Assembly: GCA_020137815.1 (NCBI GenBank)
Contig: CM035355.1
Coordinates: 806,001 to 870,000, forward strand
Direction: 5' to 3'
From: Hormiphora californensis
Taxonomy: Eukaryota > Animalia > Ctenophora
DNA length: 64,000 nucleotides
Position 1 is the stretch's first letter. Every line of letters starts with the position of its first letter. Positions 35,570 to 45,954 of the stretch are shown in pieces. The translations under genes and the position numbers were made by a program. The notes below the pieces were generated by a model. That model ran no database searches, was not told the origin of the DNA, and worked only from the letters and a program-made list of their open reading frames with translations.

Positions 35570-36646
35570 TCATTTGTTCTGCTCCACAAGATATTCAATA
35601 AATCGTCCAATATTAGCAGCAGCATACCGTGCTGTGATCGGTTCCACCACACTAGCCCTCTTGCTCTTCACTGTGACCCCTTCAGTCAGGTCGATACCTT
35701 CATTCTTGTACAGACCAGAACACACCAAAACACTGTTAACACCAGCTCGGTTCGCCCCAACTATATCAACATCAATATTGTCCCCAATCCCATACACCTC
35801 CCCCAAACCCTCCGAATAACCCAACTCAATGGCCTTCCGCCGCAAACATTCGATAGCGTAACTGTAGGTAAGAGGAGTTGGTTTCCCGCACCACGTCACC
35901 TCCAGCTCCCTTCCAGCCATCTCAAGATACAGCGATGATAGCATGTGGAGGAAGGCCCCGCACGCTAGCCGGGGGAGATGATACTCACTAGCCCAAACGA
36001 GATCCGGGTTACAAGCGATAACTGGGAGTTGGGGTGACCCCTTCTTGACGGACCGACCCAGGGTTCCCCCTGTTAGGAGGAGGTCAAGGAGAAATTGGAC
36101 ATGGGCATCCCAGTCAACAGGGGTGTTCGCTATGACAATTCCCTCGATAGGCAGATAGGGAGGGAGGGTATCGGGCAGGGTGCCAGACTCAAGACTCACC
36201 CTCTTTTTATGGCTGATAACATCAAACATTGGGATATCACGATGTACATCGCGAATTGTAACAGGGTGCCGAAATCCTAAATCTCTCGCACAGTCGGGGA
36301 GAGAGGAGCCCTGACCCGCGAAAAATACCGACTTTCCGTGCCAATCAGTAAATGTCTTTAGTGGTGTATTTACAAGCACTATCTGATCTCCAGTCAGTTT
36401 AACCCCCAACCTCTCCGACAGTTCCTCCGCTTTAGCTTCCTCAGATCGGTAGGAGCCATTTGTTAGAAACACCACAGGTTTAGTTAGGTTGCCCTGGCCA
36501 TCAGAGATCCTTCGAAACCCCTCGACAGTGTTGGGGATGGTTTTAGGTCCTCTGACTAGGACTCCATCTATATCAACAAGGAGGCCGAATGTAGATGCTG
36601 ATCTGGTGAGGGTTGAGAGGAACCTAGGGCTGCATCTCCTAATCAT
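35570..36646 (-). CDS. HDHD5: HAD-superfamily subfamily IIA hydrolase (HDHD5/CECR5-like), 358 aa
   Basis: FGLLVDIDGVLVRG, VFLTNG, CNPDLVW, GKP and IGDNIDVDIVGAN motifs; Arg/Ser-rich mitochondrial-type N-terminus. Confidence 0.85.
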   Translation of the reverse strand: MIRRCSPRFLSTLTRSASTFGLLVDIDGVLVRGPKTIPNTVEGFRRISDGQGNLTKPVVFLTNGSYRSEEAKAEELSERLGVKLTGDQIVLVNTPLKTFTDWHGKSVFFAGQGSSLPDCARDLGFRHPVTIRDVHRDIPMFDVISHKKRVSLESGTLPDTLPPYLPIEGIVIANTPVDWDAHVQFLLDLLLTGGTLGRSVKKGSPQLPVIACNPDLVWASEYHLPRLACGAFLHMLSSLYLEMAGRELEVTWCGKPTPLTYSYAIECLRRKAIELGYSEGLGEVYGIGDNIDVDIVGANRAGVNSVLVCSGLYKNEGIDLTEGVTVKSKRASVVEPITARYAAANIGRFIEYLVEQNK

Positions 36647-36992
36647 TGACGTCTAGGGAGGGATAGTGTTAGTTTTAGTTGCATGTGGGGGTAGTAAATT
36701 AAAAGTCATCCTGTTTTGAGACCAAAAAGAAAATCAAAAACACGAGATTTTTTTGAAAATTGTGTATAAAAGTAAAATACACGCTCTCCAACTCGCACAA
36801 ATATGGTGTTAAATATGCTTAAGTTATATACAAAAAACGACCAATCAGTCCCTTAATATATATCACTCTTCCTCTCGTCTACTGGACCATGCGAGGCGTA
36901 ACAATCAATGTTGTCAGTAGAAAAATATCATGACTATCATCAGGTCCGAGGAGGGAGGAAGAGTTGGGACACGACATGCTCTGGAGATGGAG

Positions 36993-39900
36993 TTACCCCT
37001 TTAGAGAGGACATACCTGCTCGCATAACCTGGGGGAGGGGGAAACGGGTTAGAAACAGAAATTAAAACAAGGAACAAGAAAAATGAAGAACTGTATTTTG
37101 TTGTGGTCAAATTAGTAACTTGTCAAATATTTACCTCATCAACAATGAGAAGATTGGATGAGATGACAGTACAGGAGTTGAGAAGCTGCTTCTTCACACA
37201 GTAGTTATCCCAAATACCAGCCTCAGCGGGGTAGAACGCCTCCCCGGTGGTGAGGTCCAAACCAACTGGCCTGTCAACTCCCTTGTACTCTTGGAGCATC
37301 TTGACGAGGCAGTCCTGTGCGTCATGTCCAGCGTTCTGGGCCAGACACTTGGGGATGATGAGCATGGCAGTGGCAAAGGCCTCAACTCCAAGTCGAGCCT
37401 TGCCTCGGACTTCGTTCTTGTACTCGTTGAGAGCCTGAGAAAGAAGGGAAAGATAAAAACTTAGCAATATCAACTTGAAACACACAAAATATAACAATTT
37501 GAACAGAACTGTTTTAGCCAGATCAGGGGGGATCATTTAGTTACCTGGTAGATAGCGATCTCCATGGATCCGGCTCCAGGGACAACCTGTTGGTCCTCTA
37601 CGGCATTCTTGACAGCCCTGAGTCCATCCCTGACGGCATCCTTAATCTGAGTGATGGTGTGCTTGTTGGGTCCCTTGATCAGGATAGTGACACTCTGGGG
37701 GTTATCGCACTCCTCGATGAAGGAGAATTTGTCATCACCAAGAACGTGCTCGTAGAAGAGACCAGCATGACCGAGATGTTTGGGGGAGAGATCATCCAAG
37801 CTGTTCACTGCAGTTCCACCACATGCAAGGACAATTCGCTCCATGTTTCGGCGTTTGGCACGTCGAAGAGCAACGATTCCCTCCCGGGCAAGGGCGTCAA
37901 GAGAGTTAGGGTCAACTCCCTTCTGGTTGATAACAACGAAACCTTTGTCGGTTTGTCCGCAAACCTCTCGTTTCAGGTCAATAATCTGATGGAATTAGCG
38001 AAATAGTTAGTCGGTTGAAACTGAAACAATGTAATACATGATTTTATGAGTCTCGTATTTTGTTAATTTTTCATGTATCTTACCTGCTGGACTTTGTCAT
38101 CACAGAATGCCCGTTCAGCCTTGACAAGCTTCTCCCTCTGATCAGCGCTCTTGTAGAAGAATCCACTGTTGACCTCGCTCTTCTCGTACTCAAGACTGAC
38201 ATTGCAAGTCAGAATAAAAGCATCGGTGACTTTCTTCTTCATATCGGGGTGTCGGGCACCGTGATCCATTACAATTCCCTTGACCAACTGGGTGTCCATG
38301 TCGGTCTTGTGTTCCATAGTCATGATCTCAACCATGTGGAGGTCAATGGCCTCTCCCTCCTTCTGAATGGCAAGGACAGCGTCCACGATGCACTCAGTCA
38401 GATGGTCAGCAAGAGAGGATTTAACCTGAAGTGGGGGAGTCATGGTTTCAAACTTTTCAACACTACTTTAAACAAATTAATTTGAGGTGGTCCTTGTGGC
38501 TGCCTCAATGGTCGTTGCAGATAATGGCAAGAAGAAGAGAAACGAACGGCACAGCCACGACGAGACGAAGTCCACAGACGTAACATCATCCTGTCCCCAA
38601 CTTTCCTCTTCCAAGGATACTGTCACAAACTGTCCTACATGCTCCACAGGTTTCGTTGAATTTACGCCCTCTTATCAATCAATTCTGTGTGACAATTGTC
38701 AGTCCTGGTACCACCCAACATGTGCCAGTCTATCTGACCAACAATTCTCTAATCTTCAATTATCTGACGCCAAATGGTTCTGCCACAACTGTTGTCGTAT
38801 TCCTGATTTCCGGAAGGCCCAGCCACTGCAATGTGACTGGGGAGATGAAGATCTTATCTCCACCTTTCAGTTAGCGTCTAAAACAATAGCAACGTGGAGA
38901 CCTAATTTGTTTAATTTACCCGGTGGCTCTGTAGGAAGATCTTATGTGGCAGAGGCCACACGGCTAGTGACCGCTTGGGCGATCCCAACCCGCCTTGAGC
39001 GAATCTCAATCCACGCTCTCATGCTCATGGGACCGCTCCTATTACAGAACCCAGGAAAGAACACTAAACCGGGAGAACATCGTGAAATACTGAAACGCCG
39101 ACTAGATTTATGGAAGGGCGGGCAGTTCAATGAACTTCTTGCCGAGGGTAAGATCATCCAGTCTAGGCTTGCAAAAGGACCCGCCAGTAACTCTAATCCA
39201 CAGCGTACCTTTGCCCGACTCATGTTTCATGGAAGGGTAGGTGCAGCTTTGAGGGTCCTGTCCACCACACCATCTAAACCCCTCGAGATTACGGAGAAGG
39301 TTATTGACGAGCTGAAATCCAAACATCCGAAAGGAAAGGGAATCAGCTTTGAACACCTGTACAGCACTGATCCTGCACCCAAACCTGAACCTATAGTGTT
39401 CTATGACATCAGCGCCAAATCCATTAGGGATGCGGCAGGGACCACTAAAGGAGGGGCTGGGCCAAGCGGGACCACTGAGAAACTGTGGGCTAGAATGATC
39501 TGCAGCAAATCGTTTTCCAAGGAAGCTGATGCTTTAGCACACGCCCTCGCCCTCATGACCAGACGGTTATGTACTGTACATGTTGATCCTTCCACCATTT
39601 CCCCCCTTCTTGCATGCCGACTCATTGCCCTTGACAAGAACCCAGGCGTGAGACCAATCGGAGTCGGTGAAATCCTGCGCCGAATTATTGGACGAACAGT
39701 GTCCTGCCATCTCAGACCTGATATTCTCGAGGCAGCAGGCCCACTCCAGCTGGCAGCGGGTCAACAGGGAGGAATTGAGGCTGCGGTACACTCCATGAAC
39801 ACCATGTTCCACGACGATGGTACGGAAGGCGTTCTCCTTGCTGATGCATCAAATGCATTCAATGTGATCAACAGGCAGACTGCCCTCGTTAACTTGCGAT

Positions 39901-42900
39901 TTCTCTGTCCCAACCTTTCAACCTTTGCTACCAATTTCTACCGCTCCCCCACCAACCTCTACTTATCCAATGGCCAAATTATCCTTAGCTCAGAGGGAAC
40001 TACCCAAGGATGCAACATCGCCTCTCCGTTTTACTCTATAAGTGTACGACCACTGATCAACTCACTATCGCTATCTAATGCTAAGACTATATTCTACGCA
40101 GATGATGGCGCGGCTGCTGGAAAACTTGCTGCTGTGAAACAATGGTGGGACACACTGTGTCTTGCGGGTCCAGGCTTGGGTTACTTCCCTAATGCTAAAA
40201 AGTCCATCCTCCTAGTGAAACCCCAATTCCTCGCTTCGGCCAAGTCCTTGTTTAGCAACACAAACATTCAAATCCTGACAGAAGGAACAAGGTATCTAGG
40301 TGCCCCTCTTGGCTCTGATAGTTTCAGGGATCATTTAGTTACCTGGTAGATAGCGATCTCCATGGATCCGGCTCCAGGGACAACCTGTTGGTCCTCTACG
40401 GCATTCTTGACAGCCCTGAGTCCATCCCTGACGGCATCCTTAATCTGAGTGATGGTGTGCTTGTTGGGTCCCTTGATCAGGATAGTGACACTCTGGGGGT
40501 TATCGCACTCCTCGATGAAGGAGAATTTGTCATCACCAAGAACGTGCTCATAGAAGAGACCAGCATGACCGAGATGTTTGGGGGAGAGATCATCCAAGCT
40601 GTTCACTGCAGTTCCACCACATGCAAGGACAATTCGCTCCATGTTTCGGCGTTTGGCACGTCGGAGTGCAACGATTCCCTCCCGGGCAAGGGCGTCAAGA
40701 GAGTTAGGGTCAACTCCCTTCTGGTTGATAACAACGAAACCTTTGTCGGTTTGTCCGCAAACCTCTCGTTTCAGGTCAATAATCTGATGGAATTAGCGAA
40801 ATAGTTAGTCGGTTGAAACTGAAATAATGTAATACATGATTTTATGAGTCTCGTATTTTGTTAATTTATTATTTTCTTACCTGCTGGACTTTGTCATCAC
40901 AGAATGCGCGTTCAGCCTTGACAAGCTTCTCCCTCTGATCAGCGCTCTTGTAGAAGAATCCACTGTTGACCTCGCTCTTCTCGTACTCAAGACTGACATT
41001 GCAAGTCAGAATGAAAGCATCGGTGACTTTCTTCTTCATATCGGGGTGTCGGGCACCGTGATCCATTACAATTCCCTTGACCAACTGGGTGTCCATGTCG
41101 GTCTTGTGTTCCATAGTCATGATCTCAACCATGTGGAGGTCAATGGCCTCTCCCTCCTTCTGAATGGCAAGGACAGCGTCCACAATGCACTCAGTAAGAT
41201 GGTCAGCAAGAGAGGATTTAACCTGAAGTGGGGGAGTAATGGTTTCAAACTTTTCAACACTACTTTAAACAAATTAATTTGAGGTGGTCCTTGTGGCTGC
41301 CTCAATGGTCGTTGCAGATAATGGCAAGAAGAAGAGAAACGAACGGCACAGCCACGACGAGACGAAGTCCACAGACGTAACATCATCCTGTCCCCAACTT
41401 TCCTCTTCCAAGGATACTGTCACAAACTGTCCTACATGCTCCACAGGTTTCGTTGAATTTACGCCCTCTTATCAATCAATTCTGTGTGACAATTGTCAGT
41501 CCTGGTACCACCCAACATGTGCCAGTCTATCTGACCAACAATTCTCTAATCTTCAATTATCTGACGCCAAATGGTTCTGCCACAACTGTTGTCGTATTCC
41601 TGATTTCCGGAAGGCCCAGCCACTGCAATGTGACTGGGGAGATGAAGATCTTATCTCCACCTTTCAGTTAGCGTCTAAAACAATAGCAACGTGGAGACCT
41701 AATTTGTTTAATTTACCCGGTGGCTCTGTAGGAAGATCTTATGTGGCAGAGGCCACACGGCTAGTGACCGCTTGGGCGATCCCAACCCGCCTTGAGCGAA
41801 TCTCAATCCACGCTCTCATGCTCATGGGACCGCTCCTATTACAGAACCCAGGAAAGAACACTAAACCGGGAGAACATCGTGAAATACTGAAACGCCGACT
41901 AGATTTATGGAAGGGCGGGCAGTTCAATGAACTTCTTGCCGAGGGTAAGATCATCCAGTCTAGGCTTGCAAAAGGACCCGCCAGTAACTCTAATCCACAG
42001 CGTACCTTTGCCCGACTCATGTTTCATGGAAGGGTAGGTGCAGCTTTGAGGGTCCTGTCCACCACACCATCTAAACCCCTCGAGATTACGGAGAAGGTTA
42101 TTGACGAGCTGAAATCCAAACATCCGAAAGGAAAGGGAATCAGCTTTGAACACCTGTACAGCACTGATCCTGCACCCAAACCTGAACCTATAGTGTTCTA
42201 TGACATCAGCGCCAAATCCATTAGGGATGCGGCAGGGACCACTAAAGGAGGGGCTGGGCCAAGCGGGACCACTGAGAAACTGTGGGCTAGAATGATCTGC
42301 AGCAAATCGTTTTCCAAGGAAGCTGATGCTTTAGCACACGCCCTCGCCCTCATGACCAGACGGTTATGTACTGTACATGTTGATCCTTCCACCATTTCCC
42401 CCCTTCTTGCATGCCGACTCATTGCCCTTGACAAGAACCCAGGCGTGAGACCAATCGGAGTCGGTGAAATCCTGCGCCGAATTATTGGACGAACAGTGTC
42501 CTGCCATCTCAGACCTGATATTCTCGAGGCAGCAGGCCCACTCCAGCTGGCAGCGGGTCAACAGGGAGGAATTGAGGCTGCGGTACACTCCATGAACACC
42601 ATGTTCCACGACGATGGTACGGAAGGCGTTCTCCTTGCTGATGCATCAAATGCATTCAATGTGATCAACAGGCAGACTGCCCTCGTTAACTTGCGATTTC
42701 TCTGTCCCAACCTTTCAACCTTTGCTACCAATTTCTACCGCTCCCCCACCAACCTCTACTTATCCAATGGCCAAATTATCCTTAGCTCAGAGGGAACTAC
42801 CCAAGGATGCAACATCGCCTCTCCGTTTTACTCTATAAGTGTACGACCACTGATCAACTCACTATCGCTATCTAATGCTAAGACTATATTCTACGCAGAT

Positions 42901-45215
42901 GATGGCGCGGCTGCTGGAAAACTTGCTGCTGTGAAACAATGGTGGGACACACTGTGTCTTGCGGGTCCAGGCTTGGGTTACTTCCCTAATGCTAAAAAGT
43001 CCATCCTCCTAGTGAAACCCCAATTCCTCGCTTCGGCCAAGTCCTTGTTTAGCAACACAAACATTCAAATCCTGACAGAAGGAACAAGGTATCTAGGTGC
43101 CCCTCTTGGCTCTGATAGTTTCAGGGATCAGTTTGTTTCAGACCAAGTGAGCGGCTGGTGCCGTCAGCTAGAGGAACTTTCATCTGCCTCTGAAACGGAA
43201 CCGCAAGCGTCTTTCTCAGCTTTCTGTGTGGGATTATCTAAAAAGTGGCTGTTCTTGATGCGTACTACACCCAATATATCACACCTCTTTCTCCCTCTAG
43301 AGCACACCATCAGGACTCTCTTCCTCCCCAAAACTATAACTCCCCACTTCAGCGATACCCACAGAAACATTTTCAGTCTCCCTGCTAGGAATGGAGGTAT
43401 TGGCATATCTGATCCCACCAAAATCGCGGACGATGAGTATGCTAGATCTGTTGAAGCTACTGCCCCTCTTTCTGAACTCATAAACGAACAGAACACTCAT
43501 ATTACCTCAGAGAGAGCGGACAGAGCCACAGTGGATCTCAGTGTTGCCAAACACAAGGTTCTAACGGCAAAGAGGGCTAAACAAAAATGCGACCTTGAAA
43601 CTGCATCAGCTGAGCTAGACCCCCGACAACAACGTCTCCATGAGGAGCTGTGCCAACGCGGAGCCTCCACCTGGGTAACAACCCTCCCTCTCGCTGAACA
43701 CGGCTTCCTTCTCAACAAAGGGGAGTTCCACGACGCAATGTCCTTACGGTATGATTTCCCCATTGAAGGTATATCCCATACCTGCATGTGTGGAAAGCCT
43801 AACAGTATGGAACACTGTCTGTCATGTCCTCTTGGTGGCTATGTTCACCTCCGCCACAATCAGATAAGGGACCTCACCGCTAATCTTCTCTCCGAGGCTG
43901 GATGCACAGACGTTACTATTGAACCACATCTCCTTCCCATCACTGGAGAGAAATTCAAATACAAGAGTGCCAACACCGAGGATCAAGCCAGGCTTGACGT
44001 GTCTGCTAGGAAGGTATGGGTCGACATGGACAAAACGTTCCTTGACATCAGAGTTTTTAACTCCCGTGCAGACTCTAACATCAAAAAGTCATTGAAATCT
44101 GCCTTGGCCTCTCACGAGAAAGAGAAAAAGAGGGTGTACAATGAACGAATCTTGGAAGTAGAGAAAGCCTCTTTCACACCCATTGTTTTCTCCACCACCG
44201 GAACCATGGGACGCGAAGCAGAAAGGTTCTACCGCAGACTGGCAGTTCTCCTTTCCGGGAAAACTAAACAATCCATCCCTGATGCGGTACGCTACATCCG
44301 GCAGAGATTATCCTTTTGTCTCCTCAAAACTCTCATCGTCAGCCTCCGGGGTTACCGAGGGAAGACTATTACACCATACTATTCAAGTAGTATAGATATT
44401 AATTTATTGTATGTTTAATTTATTACCACAGTGTGCTTATATATAATTTGATTGTTATCCGTATAATTTTAAACCTCTTTTCCCAAAAGTAATGGTAACA
44501 ATTAACAAACCACATATAATGCTTCAAAGAAAGTTATTTATACCCGGTATTAAATGCTAACATTCCCCTATATGTGTACCTTGGTTCGGAGAGAAGTCCT
44601 GGCAACATTGATAAGGTCATCCCTGGAGCATTTCTTCTGGGCCATGGAATCCAAAACTTGGATAGCCTTCTTCTTCGCCAAGTCGAAACCTTCAGCCGCA
44701 ATACGGGGGTGAAGTCCGTCTCCGATATATACCTTGGCCTGCTTGAGGAGCTCTCCAATGATCAGGACGTTGGAAGTAGTTCCGTCACCGGTAATATCGT
44801 CCTGGAAAGAAATTTAGGGATTAAAACTCTCGTCTAATGTTCTTGTACGTTCATTATTTTCCAATCCCTGACGTTCTCTTACCTGAGCAGTAGCAACACG
44901 AGCGATAAGAGAGGCAGTGGGATGCTGAATTTGCATTTCGTGGAGAAGGACGTTTCCGTCCTTAGTGATCTTGATATCTCCAGCTCCACCGACCAGCATC
45001 TTCATGGTACCCTTGGGTCCAAGATTAGTCCTGAGGACATCTTGAAGTCCCATGGCAGCTGGAATAAAGGAGTGTTAAAAACTGACAACAATGGTAAAAA
45101 CGTATAATACAGGAGTGACTAGACTGGCTCGTTCCTTACCGCTGATGTTCAGGTCGAGCGCCTGGGCGGCTCGGGCAACCTCTGCCTTGGGGTTGAGCTT
45201 TTTTACTGCTGCCAT
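36993..45215 (-). CDS. CCT6: T-complex protein 1 subunit zeta (chaperonin CCT6); exons 4-5 duplicated in this assembly
   Basis: Exons 45215-45140, 45058-44883, 44801-44580, 41222-40881, 40783-40343, [duplicates 38425-38084, 37985-37545], 37434-37135, 37028-36993. Motifs [26 protein letters not shown] and DHGARHPDM; C-terminus [10 protein letters not shown]. Confidence 0.95.
38445..40333 (+). mobile_element. 3'-truncated duplicate of the CRE-like retrotransposon (SL + PHD + RT, no RLE)
   Basis: ORF 38487-40349 is identical to the first ~616 aa of ORF 41284-44418, then runs into CCT6 intron sequence at the duplication junction. Confidence 0.88.
41242..41283 (+). other. Spliced-leader (SL) exon sequence forming the 5' end of the retrotransposon (second copy at 38445-38486)
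   Basis: GTTTCAAACTTTTCAACACTACTTTAAACAAATTAATTTGAG matches my recollection of the ctenophore trans-splicing leader (not verifiable here). It lies between the left TSD and the element ORF, 21 nt before ATG 41305. Confidence 0.8.
41305..44418 (+). CDS. Retrotransposon ORF: PHD finger - reverse transcriptase - CCHC knuckle - RLE endonuclease (~1037 aa)
   Basis: PHD CPTC..CDNC..H..C..CHNC (41428-41589). RT motifs [37 protein letters not shown] (42892-42903) and YLG, followed by [10 protein letters not shown]-terminal [26 protein letters not shown] and EKEK (PD-D/ExK type). Confidence 0.93.
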   Translation: MVVADNGKKKRNERHSHDETKSTDVTSSCPQLSSSKDTVTNCPTCSTGFVEFTPSYQSILCDNCQSWYHPTCASLSDQQFSNLQLSDAKWFCHNCCRIPDFRKAQPLQCDWGDEDLISTFQLASKTIATWRPNLFNLPGGSVGRSYVAEATRLVTAWAIPTRLERISIHALMLMGPLLLQNPGKNTKPGEHREILKRRLDLWKGGQFNELLAEGKIIQSRLAKGPASNSNPQRTFARLMFHGRVGAALRVLSTTPSKPLEITEKVIDELKSKHPKGKGISFEHLYSTDPAPKPEPIVFYDISAKSIRDAAGTTKGGAGPSGTTEKLWARMICSKSFSKEADALAHALALMTRRLCTVHVDPSTISPLLACRLIALDKNPGVRPIGVGEILRRIIGRTVSCHLRPDILEAAGPLQLAAGQQGGIEAAVHSMNTMFHDDGTEGVLLADASNAFNVINRQTALVNLRFLCPNLSTFATNFYRSPTNLYLSNGQIILSSEGTTQGCNIASPFYSISVRPLINSLSLSNAKTIFYADDGAAAGKLAAVKQWWDTLCLAGPGLGYFPNAKKSILLVKPQFLASAKSLFSNTNIQILTEGTRYLGAPLGSDSFRDQFVSDQVSGWCRQLEELSSASETEPQASFSAFCVGLSKKWLFLMRTTPNISHLFLPLEHTIRTLFLPKTITPHFSDTHRNIFSLPARNGGIGISDPTKIADDEYARSVEATAPLSELINEQNTHITSERADRATVDLSVAKHKVLTAKRAKQKCDLETASAELDPRQQRLHEELCQRGASTWVTTLPLAEHGFLLNKGEFHDAMSLRYDFPIEGISHTCMCGKPNSMEHCLSCPLGGYVHLRHNQIRDLTANLLSEAGCTDVTIEPHLLPITGEKFKYKSANTEDQARLDVSARKVWVDMDKTFLDIRVFNSRADSNIKKSLKSALASHEKEKKRVYNERILEVEKASFTPIVFSTTGTMGREAERFYRRLAVLLSGKTKQSIPDAVRYIRQRLSFCLLKTLIVSLRGYRGKTITPYYSSSIDINLLYV

Positions 45216-45954
45216 CTCTAGAAAGGGCTAAGGAGGATTAATTTAAATTGTTTATCTATATTTTAGTCAGAAATTAATCACATTTTTATAGCTCCAGGCT
45301 TAGACGCTGCCAGATCCTTTACTCAGCGGCCTGAAGTGCAACTGATTTGAAACAGCCAGTTTCATAAATCAAACGAACACTGTTAGTTATTGAATGAGTT
45401 ATGAGTTAGGAGCACCTGCAAGGTTTTTGGAACCAGAAGCGTGTTTGCCCTGTTTGGAACGGGACGTTTTTTGAACCTCAACGTTTTTCCGAACATTTTT
45501 GTCGAACATTTTTGTCGAAATTTAAATTTTAAATTTTCTTCCAGCGCGCGGCGCAGAGCGAACAGAAATTATGTCCATATTTGGCGCGTTTCACTTTTAT
45601 TGCGCCAACGCGGTAAAATGACACAACACGCTGCAAATGTTTTGAATGCGCGCGAACTCAACCAAATTTTGAAATCTGATTCACGTTTTGTGACAAAACC
45701 TTGGCATGCGCTGCAGACCCCAAGTGCGCGCGTTTTCCACGGCTTTAAGGGCCTGTAGCATAGGCCAAGACAAAACCCACAAATTTTGGAAGTTTTTACC
45801 AGAATTTTCTGTCTTCTGTCTTCTGTATTGTAAATTGCTGACCTCTGTTCATTCTGGTCTTAGCTGCAAGACCACAAATATTTTTCGTGATTGGCGAAGT
45901 ATTTTATCAATATTTTGCTAAATTCAATTAGATTTTTCCAGATGATCCCGTGAA
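45216..45954. promoter_or_regulatory. Probable bidirectional promoter between head-to-head CCT6 and WD40 genes
   Basis: Divergent ATGs 740 bp apart. Cluster of GCGCGC motifs including E2F-like TTTGGCGCG at ~45580. A similar GCGCGC cluster lies upstream of ALYREF (~9885-9940). Confidence 0.5.

Larger units (their letters stand above)
37529..43129. repeat. Direct tandem duplication, unit ~2.8 kb (CCT6 exons 4-5 plus retroelement 5' half)
   Basis: Matching ORF pairs are offset by 2797-2798 bp. The junction at ~40327-40333 uses the 7-bp microhomology GGGATCA, shared by the RT region (~43123-43129) and the CCT6 intron (~37529-37535). Confidence 0.9.
41242..44487 (+). mobile_element. Full-length non-LTR retrotransposon with restriction-like endonuclease (CRE-clade-like), antisense in CCT6 intron 3
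   Basis: TSD AGTAATG(GT) at 41235-41243 and 44488-44496. Removing the element leaves a normal ~100-bp intron. Single intact ORF and a 69-nt AT-rich 3' UTR ending CCCAAA. Confidence 0.92.

Noticed and set aside
41242-41330. A functional SL RNA gene at this locus
   Set aside because: The leader is followed by GT, but it sits inside TSDs and runs straight into the retroelement ORF, with no recognisable U-rich Sm site or terminator. It is better explained as part of the insertion.
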